From Lentisphaeria bacterium (GTDB taxonomy: Bacteria; Verrucomicrobiota; Lentisphaeria; Victivallales; UBA1829): a DNA stretch of 64,000 nt. The stretch covers positions 2,805 through 66,804 of the forward strand of contig JAFVSW010000338.1 in the NCBI GenBank assembly GCA_017503545.1. Reading direction: 5' to 3'. A model generated the notes under the pieces. It did no database searches, was not told the DNA's origin, and worked only from the letters and a program-made list of their open reading frames with translations. This document shows, in pieces, positions 58,119 to 64,000 of the stretch. Every line of letters begins with the position of its first letter. The first letter of the stretch is position 1. The translations under genes were made by a program, and so were the position numbers.

Positions 58119-58283
58119 GAGGCAATTTCAAAAGTCTTCAAAAATGTCTGAAAACTCTTGTTGAGATCTGAAAACGGAGCGTTTGAGGTGGTTACCCACT
58201 GGGTAGCCACCCACAAACTACCATTTCCATCTCTTCAACAATCCTTTTTCAGTCAAATTTTGCCGGACTTTTGAAATTACCTC
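58119..58283 (-). mobile_element. MITE-like element, copy B (inverted relative to copy A; TSD TTGA)
   Basis: Reverse complement of copy A with only ~3-4 differences over 164 bp. It is flanked by direct TTGA (58115..58118 and 58284..58287). Confidence 0.75.
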
Positions 58284-58394
58284 TTGAGACTTTTTTATTG
58301 GCGGGACCATATCAGTTTTATCGATCTTCTCACGTCAAAATGCCCTTAAAGTCTATCCGTATGATTGAGAACACATTCTGAAAACAATACAAAA

Positions 58395-59189
58395 TCAATC
58401 CACCCGTAATCCGGCTTTTTGCACGGCTCCATGCCAGCCACCGGGACCTTGATTTTTTAATTCCAGAAATTCTTTTCCTTGAACATGTCCGTCAAAATAA
58501 AGAATATTGGCTTTGCCGGCTCTTAAATTCCAATCGGTTTCAGATTTACCGACTGACGGAACACGATAATCCGGTTTTGCTCCGTGTCGGAACCGGAACA
58601 TGGGGGTGCAATTGTTCAACACCGCATCCCATTGTTTATCCCCGGCAAAAATCGCCAGACTTGCAGTTTTTACGAAAGTTGTTTTGCGTGGTATAAAATC
58701 ACTGCGCGCAAGTGCGGTTCCCGTATCCTTATACCATGCGATCAACATTCCGTTGCCAATATAGTGTGTTAACCCGAAGGCAGAGTTTGTGTTGTTGTTC
58801 CAATCGACCTTGTACCAACGGCGTTCGGCGGGGCACATCATGGTCCCATGGGGGATACCTTCCCCGAATTTGTCTTTATCAAACTCAACACCGTATTTGA
58901 ATTTGGAAAGGAGAACAAACCAGTAAAAGTAATTGCGTGCCTCTCTGTTTGCGGCTGAGGTGTCATAGTGCACCACAATACTGCTGTCGAAGTCGATCGT
59001 GTACGCATTTTGTGCCAGTCCGATATTCTTCAGATTATTTTTGCAAATCGCACCTTTTGCTGTTTCTTTGGTCTTACCCAACGCCGGAAGCAGCATCGCC
59101 GCAAGAATGGCAATGATGGCAATCACTACCAGCAATTCGATCAGCGTAAATCCCCATTGTTTTTTTGTTGCTTGTTTCCAAACATTCAT
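58395..59189 (-). CDS. prepilin-type N-terminal cleavage/methylation domain protein (DUF1559 / H-X9-DG-like pseudopilin)
   Basis: N-terminal [30 protein letters not shown] and C-terminal NILYFDGHV. Confidence 0.85.
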   Translation of the reverse strand: MNVWKQATKKQWGFTLIELLVVIAIIAILAAMLLPALGKTKETAKGAICKNNLKNIGLAQNAYTIDFDSSIVVHYDTSAANREARNYFYWFVLLSKFKYGVEFDKDKFGEGIPHGTMMCPAERRWYKVDWNNNTNSAFGLTHYIGNGMLIAWYKDTGTALARSDFIPRKTTFVKTASLAIFAGDKQWDAVLNNCTPMFRFRHGAKPDYRVPSVGKSETDWNLRAGKANILYFDGHVQGKEFLELKNQGPGGWHGAVQKAGLRVD

Positions 59190-59266
59190 AGCAGTACCTC
59201 CGGTTAAGTTGTAGGGTAAAGGCAGATTCGAAATGAAATTTCTGCCTTTACCGGATTATGGTTTTC

Positions 59267-62200
59267 TTACTTGATATGTACGGCAACAACATCCTGCGGC
59301 TGAACCGTGATCCGCATATTGGATGCGTTGGGATAGACTTGCTTGGATTCCCAGACAGTGGCTTTCTGACCCGGTTTCAATTTCAGGTTCCTTAATACAC
59401 CTGTCATTGCTTTATCCTGACTTTCGTTGAAGATGAGAACAAGACGTTCATCACCCTTTTTCAGCACAAGCAGATTGGGATATTTGAATGTATCGGATGT
59501 GGCAAGATTATCCGCGCGGACACCATCGTGGAAAAGATCTTCGTATGCCGCGATCAAACGGGTCGCTTCGCCCATATAGTAGAATGTCCCGGCACTGCAA
59601 TAAGCGGCACTTTCCAGCAAGCCGCCTTTGTGGGTGATGGCAGCCATACGGACCATGACAAGTTTCTGTTCTTTTGGATAGTAGAAGAAACTGTCGCTGG
59701 AGTAAAATGCTTTACCGAGCCAATACGTGTGATATTGTCCCATAGTGCTGTGGAAACCGGTGATTTTTTCACCCTGCTGTTTTGCCGTATCCATGGCTGC
59801 CTGATGTGCGCCGCCGGGGTATGTCTGACCGGGGAGCGGAATGGAAAGCATATCATACAAGCCTTTGGATTCCTTGTATGTCAGATGGTCGGCAGTGTTG
59901 TGATAATACCAGAGTTTGCCGCCGATTTCTTTGATTGCTTCATACGCAATGGTCAGAAGATGTTTTTTCTGCATTCTGCGCCACCACTGTCCCCACTGGG
60001 CAGCATATTTTGTGACAATGACATCATCATCCAGTTTTTCGGTTGCCGGGATCTTGAACATGGCGCGGAATCCGGCTTTGCAATCGTCGCAGAAACAATA
60101 ACTGTGTGTCCAATTGTGTTTTACCGATTCCGGGTAGTTTTCATCGTTGATGAAGAAATAATTGCCAAGTCCGGTTTTTGCGACATGCTGATAATCCTTT
60201 TTCAAGGCTTCCTTGAATTCTTTCCGGTATTTATTGATGACTTTTGTCGGGCAGAATTCATTATGGAAATCTTTGACATACGCCCCCGTGTTTTGGTAGT
60301 ATTTCGCCTTGAGTTCCGGATGTTTCAGCAGGAAATCATGAAGATAGGTCTGTTTACCTGCGCCCCACATGGGTACGTTGAAGTAAGCAGATGTGAAGTT
60401 GACTGCTCCCTTACGGTTGTAGTAACTTTTTATCTTTGCCTGACGGGCAGCATACGGTGTGCCGATTGTCCACCGGTAATCTCCACCGACAATATAAGAA
60501 TTCAAACCGGCTTTGAATCCGTCATCCGTGGTAAGTCGGACCTGATCCAGAGATACTCTTGCACCCATGAACGGGTCATACTGGGGAAACAGGATCTTTT
60601 TCAACATTCTGCCGTTGATCGGGGGCAGTTCCGCCACTTTGATCACATTGACGATATCAGTGGTATCATTATTCACAATACGACGGAAACGGAAATCGAC
60701 CTTTTCCCCTTTGGCAAACTTGTATCCATTATGACGGAAACTGATCAGGTGATAATAGGCAGACATATTCCGCACCAGTTTTGCCGGAACCTGCCAGTCG
60801 TAAGTATAACGGACGTATTTTTTGCCTTTGTAAGTGATTTTTTCTTCTTTGATTTTTTTTGTGAAGAAATGGTTGTATCTGGGGGCATCCCCGTTATCAT
60901 CAATGCGGGTAAAACCTTCCGGGATCTCAATAATGAGTTTATAATCGCATTTTCCATTCGCCAGCGGATTGAAAACAGCGTGAACAAAGTTCATGGTTTC
61001 GCCGGGCGAAACACCCCAGACTTTCACGTGAGGCACAAGAAATGCCATCGGGTGATTCCCGTAGTCACGACTCCAAATCAGGTTCTGACGGAATACGACT
61101 TTTTTCAAATCGCCGGACCAGAGATAACCGTTTTTGACCGATGCACTTTTGAAGGCTTTATCCCCGCTTCCGGGTGCGGCGGCAGAAAAAACAGATGCCG
61201 TTTCCGGAGAATTCTGCAAATCAAATTTCACACCCGGAGCCGCGCCGGTTGCTTCCGCTGTGATTTCGATTGCATTAACCCCGGAAACAAAGGCAAAAGG
61301 GTATGCGCCCTTTGCCTCCCTGATTTCGATCCCGTTCAATTTTACAGATGTGATTTTTGCATCTTTCGTATTGATTTTGAACGAGGTTGCCGGAGCAGAG
61401 TTTTCCAGTTTGTTGAGGATATGTTTCCATTGCATCAAAAAATCTTCAAACTGATCGGAAATGGTCCACGGATCTTTTTTGAATTCGGCATCAAAAACGG
61501 TTTTGAATTTGTTGATCAAATCTTCCGCTTCTTTCCAGCCCGCCAGATTGCTGTATTTCTGTTTCGCACTGATGTATTCGCCTTTTTTATTCACCAATGT
61601 TTTCAGATAACGACTCTGGAACCAGTGTCTCGGCTTGCCGTTGATGCGGTCATTGAAGCCTTTGCTTTTGCCGATTCGTCCTGCAAAATAAAGTGTACCG
61701 AAACTGTGTGCATCCAATGCCGGTGAGGCAAAAGGATTCCAGCAGGATTGTTTTTCCGAAGCCGGACCGGTCATCAAGTCGCGACGGACATTGAGGTAGA
61801 TTTTATTACCTTTTTTCGGGGCTGTAAGATTCAGCAGTTTCAGCGGGATACGGCTTTCAATATACCATCTGGTATTGTCTTTGGAATAAGCGGTGACCCA
61901 TTCGCTGCTTTCATCTTTCAACGGTTTTTCGACCTTGCCGGGGAGTTCATTGTAGAATCCGCGATGAATACCACCGGCACCGAACATCAGAAAAATGTAA
62001 GGACTGTCCTGATACGTTCCCTTCCGGTTGTATTCATGAGAGAAAATAAAATTGATCCGGTCCGTGATGGGCCATCCATCCTGCACACGGGAACCTTCTT
62101 TGATCTTGCTGGTTTCTGATTCCCACATGGTGGCACCGATGTACAGATATTTCTCGTCATAAGCGAACTGGAATCCGGTCTGCTTTGTCACACTGTTGGT

Positions 62201-62434
62201 TTGTGATTTTTTCACCTGAAAAAATTTTGCTTTCGGGACATTATCCCAGAATTCCTTTTCCAATTTACCATCGATCACCGGAGCTTTTTGAGCCTGAGCG
62301 GCAAAAGTAAAGCGGTCATTTACATTCGCCAACCAGGGTAGTTTACCCATCGGTCTGCCGTACAGAGTGACCAATGATGTTACTGCCGCGAACGCCAAAA
62401 GAAACTTTGTGTTCATGTTCATTCTCCTTCTCAT
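59267..62434 (-). CDS. large secreted hypothetical protein with CBM9-like N-terminal domain
   Basis: 1055-aa ORF with a signal peptide (FLLAFAAVTSLVTLYG). The VIDGKLEKEFWDNVPKAKFF pattern is typical of CBM9/DOMON-like modules. The remainder is unassigned. Confidence 0.58.
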   Translation of the reverse strand: MRRRMNMNTKFLLAFAAVTSLVTLYGRPMGKLPWLANVNDRFTFAAQAQKAPVIDGKLEKEFWDNVPKAKFFQVKKSQTNSVTKQTGFQFAYDEKYLYIGATMWESETSKIKEGSRVQDGWPITDRINFIFSHEYNRKGTYQDSPYIFLMFGAGGIHRGFYNELPGKVEKPLKDESSEWVTAYSKDNTRWYIESRIPLKLLNLTAPKKGNKIYLNVRRDLMTGPASEKQSCWNPFASPALDAHSFGTLYFAGRIGKSKGFNDRINGKPRHWFQSRYLKTLVNKKGEYISAKQKYSNLAGWKEAEDLINKFKTVFDAEFKKDPWTISDQFEDFLMQWKHILNKLENSAPATSFKINTKDAKITSVKLNGIEIREAKGAYPFAFVSGVNAIEITAEATGAAPGVKFDLQNSPETASVFSAAAPGSGDKAFKSASVKNGYLWSGDLKKVVFRQNLIWSRDYGNHPMAFLVPHVKVWGVSPGETMNFVHAVFNPLANGKCDYKLIIEIPEGFTRIDDNGDAPRYNHFFTKKIKEEKITYKGKKYVRYTYDWQVPAKLVRNMSAYYHLISFRHNGYKFAKGEKVDFRFRRIVNNDTTDIVNVIKVAELPPINGRMLKKILFPQYDPFMGARVSLDQVRLTTDDGFKAGLNSYIVGGDYRWTIGTPYAARQAKIKSYYNRKGAVNFTSAYFNVPMWGAGKQTYLHDFLLKHPELKAKYYQNTGAYVKDFHNEFCPTKVINKYRKEFKEALKKDYQHVAKTGLGNYFFINDENYPESVKHNWTHSYCFCDDCKAGFRAMFKIPATEKLDDDVIVTKYAAQWGQWWRRMQKKHLLTIAYEAIKEIGGKLWYYHNTADHLTYKESKGLYDMLSIPLPGQTYPGGAHQAAMDTAKQQGEKITGFHSTMGQYHTYWLGKAFYSSDSFFYYPKEQKLVMVRMAAITHKGGLLESAAYCSAGTFYYMGEATRLIAAYEDLFHDGVRADNLATSDTFKYPNLLVLKKGDERLVLIFNESQDKAMTGVLRNLKLKPGQKATVWESKQVYPNASNMRITVQPQDVVAVHIK

Positions 62435-62566
62435 TTGAATGTTAATTATGCAAAAAATGACATTTTTGGTTTGACTTTCTCTACTTTCTGAAATATATTA
62501 TAATACAGAATCAATGTTTTACAAGATGTAAAATTAGGTATTTTAATGCAAAATTAAGCAAATGTC

Positions 62567-63379
62567 ATGAATTATTTTGATGATTTGAACGTAACGTATG
62601 TCGGCAGTCATAAAAGCCGTACCAATGGCAGTTCTTTGGGACCGCATGAATTTTACGGCGTCGGCTTCATGCTGGGAGATGGTTATTTGCGGCGTAAGAC
62701 TACAGAGTACGATATCACCTTGAAAATGCCGTTTGTGTATTTGATCCATCCCAGCAAATGCGGTGGCGCGTGGATGACGGTTGACGGTACGCAGCGGGAT
62801 AACCGGTGGTTTGTGGTGAGCGGCCCCCGTGCGGAGCGTTTGACAACGAGCCTTATGAAATATTCGGAGACGGTGGCAGATACCTTTCCGTTAAAAAATT
62901 ATTCGGAATTGATGTTGATCCATCAAAAAATGTTTCAACTTTTCAATACCGTGCTGCCGTCGAGAAATTATCGTCTTACTGCTTATGTTGAGGAATTCAT
63001 TGCTGCGCTTTATGATGCACTTTACCTTGCCGACCTGCAATCTCCCATTCACGAATTGATCGGCAAAGTCATTCAGCTGATTTCTGATGCGCCGGGCGGG
63101 GATTTGGATTTTGAAAGTCTGGCAAAAGAATACAAAATTTCTTATTATCATCTCCGGCGGCGTTTTGTGGAGATCACCGGTGTCCCGCTGCACGAATTTG
63201 TGTTGCAGAAACGGTTTACTATGGCTGTGGCAAAATTGAAAAGCGGCACGGAAAGCATTAAAGAGATTGCAGACAGTTGCGGCTTTTTCAATACGTCCGA
63301 CTTTTCCCGTTTCATTAAACGGCGATCCGGTTTGACGCCATCCGAATTAAAAAAACAACCCCAGTACCTGGAAGTGTGA
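62567..63379 (+). CDS. AraC-family transcriptional regulator
   Basis: The C-terminal double HTH (YHLRRRFVEITGVPLHEFVLQKRF...IKEIADSCGFFNTSDFSRFIKRRSGLTPSELKK). The gene is divergent from the 1055-aa gene. Confidence 0.9.
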   Translation: MNYFDDLNVTYVGSHKSRTNGSSLGPHEFYGVGFMLGDGYLRRKTTEYDITLKMPFVYLIHPSKCGGAWMTVDGTQRDNRWFVVSGPRAERLTTSLMKYSETVADTFPLKNYSELMLIHQKMFQLFNTVLPSRNYRLTAYVEEFIAALYDALYLADLQSPIHELIGKVIQLISDAPGGDLDFESLAKEYKISYYHLRRRFVEITGVPLHEFVLQKRFTMAVAKLKSGTESIKEIADSCGFFNTSDFSRFIKRRSGLTPSELKKQPQYLEV

Positions 63380-63415
63380 CCGGGGCGTGATTCCGTTTGT
63401 TTTGAATTTGTTTCT

Positions 63416-64000
63416 TCAGGAAAATTTATATTCCCTGCGGTAATATTCATTCCCCAATTTATCCAAATCGGAAGTCATAACAAAAATCGATCCGGCACCG
63501 GTTAAATTCCGGCGGTAACCTTCTACAAACATCTGCTGTGCCCGGTTATGGATCGGGAGTTCGTCCGGCGGGACATCCCCTCTGCCGAACAGGAAACTCA
63601 TTCCGGTACGTCTTCCGAAAGATGCAGTCGGTGTGGCATAACATTCTTTCCGGAACCGTACCATATTGGAATCCGGCGCAATGATTTCCCATCCCGGATT
63701 CAGGATCCAGGAATTACAACAGAACAACGGCACATGCTTGTTGAAATATGTGTTGAAAAATCCAACCGCTTCTTTCATGGATGATACAACATCTTCAAAC
63801 GACAGTCTGCCGCACGCTGGAATGTGGAGTGACGGGCAGAGATCCCACGGGGAAACAGCACAATGCCATTCGCTTTTTTTCAATGTTACCGGATGCACAA
63901 AATCCGGAAGCGCAGCGGCATTGCAGCGGATCCCGGTAATGGTTTCCGCGGTATCATGAATGTATGCCGTATTCACCACTTCATCATCCGGATCAGCAAG
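63416..64000 (-). CDS. hypothetical protein, partial (GNAT-like acyltransferase C-terminal-domain resemblance); continues past window end
   Basis: The open frame runs off the window. LFCCNSWILNPGWEIIAPDSNMVRF resembles the GNAT_C acyltransferase-associated domain; this rests on memory only. Confidence 0.45.
   Translation of the reverse strand, partial: LADPDDEVVNTAYIHDTAETITGIRCNAAALPDFVHPVTLKKSEWHCAVSPWDLCPSLHIPACGRLSFEDVVSSMKEAVGFFNTYFNKHVPLFCCNSWILNPGWEIIAPDSNMVRFRKECYATPTASFGRRTGMSFLFGRGDVPPDELPIHNRAQQMFVEGYRRNLTGAGSIFVMTSDLDKLGNEYYRREYKFS

Noticed and set aside
36449-58283. Composite transposon bounded by the two inverted MITE copies
   Set aside because: Each copy has its own different 4-bp duplication (TAAC vs TTGA), indicating independent insertions. 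The 21.5-kb interval also contains core genes (nrdR, ClC).
59528-61726. 732-aa plus-strand ORF
   Set aside because: It is antisense to the 1055-aa secreted-protein gene, which has a start codon, a signal peptide and operon context. The antisense product is Phe/Cys/Ile-rich nonsense.
1-64000. A complete DGR (reverse transcriptase, accessory gene, template repeat) in this window
   Set aside because: I found no ORF with RT motifs (YxDD-type). I also found no third copy of the cassette or of its 29-nt 3' block that could serve as a template repeat. Only the target-like features can be reported, so the DGR idea remains a hypothesis.
1-64000. tRNA, rRNA or tmRNA genes
   Set aside because: I saw no cloverleaf-type conserved T-arm or rRNA-like stretches in the intergenic gaps by eye. 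This was not checked with tRNAscan or Infernal.

Overview
This is a 64-kb, densely coded chromosomal window of roughly 45-50% G+C by eye. I call about 45 CDS and found no rRNA, tRNA or CRISPR array.

Likely source (inference only): a PVC-superphylum bacterium, Lentisphaerota/Kiritimatiellota-like. The basis is gene content: DUF1559-type pseudopilin-like proteins, Ser/Thr kinases fused to FGE-sulfatase (C-type-lectin-fold) domains, a sigma-70 with a Lys/Ala/Pro-rich tail, and many orphan glycan-active proteins.

Layout:
- Left two-thirds, housekeeping genes: ppdK-lpxB, an LptF/G permease, rpoD-rpsU, pyrH, trpS, ileS, argD-argF, comEC, nrdR and a ClC channel. These are interrupted by two inverted paralogous receptor Ser/Thr kinases (8320..12363 minus, 31111..34002 plus).
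- Right third, two glycan-utilisation clusters: GH16, a GH5-like protein, GH29, a DUF4838-like protein, an esterase, metallophosphoesterases, two pseudopilin-like genes, and GntR/LacI-type and AraC regulators.

Most interesting observations:
1. A GC-rich mosaic C-terminal cassette is shared by kinase 2 and the first FGE module of kinase 1. It shows NNC-codon variation and a 3' conserved block plus hairpin. This resembles a diversity-generating retroelement (DGR) variable region, but no reverse transcriptase or template repeat is present in this window.
2. A 164-bp near-palindromic MITE-like element occurs in two nearly identical copies, each with its own 4-bp target-site duplication, plus one solo arm.
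3. A 346-bp foldback element with about 70-bp inverted ends lies in a 745-bp gene-free gap.
4. A low-GC orphan two-gene module lies downstream of kinase 2.
5. Near-perfect in-frame tandem repeats occur in kinase 2 and in the sigma-factor tail.

All product calls rest on motif recognition by eye; no database search was run.
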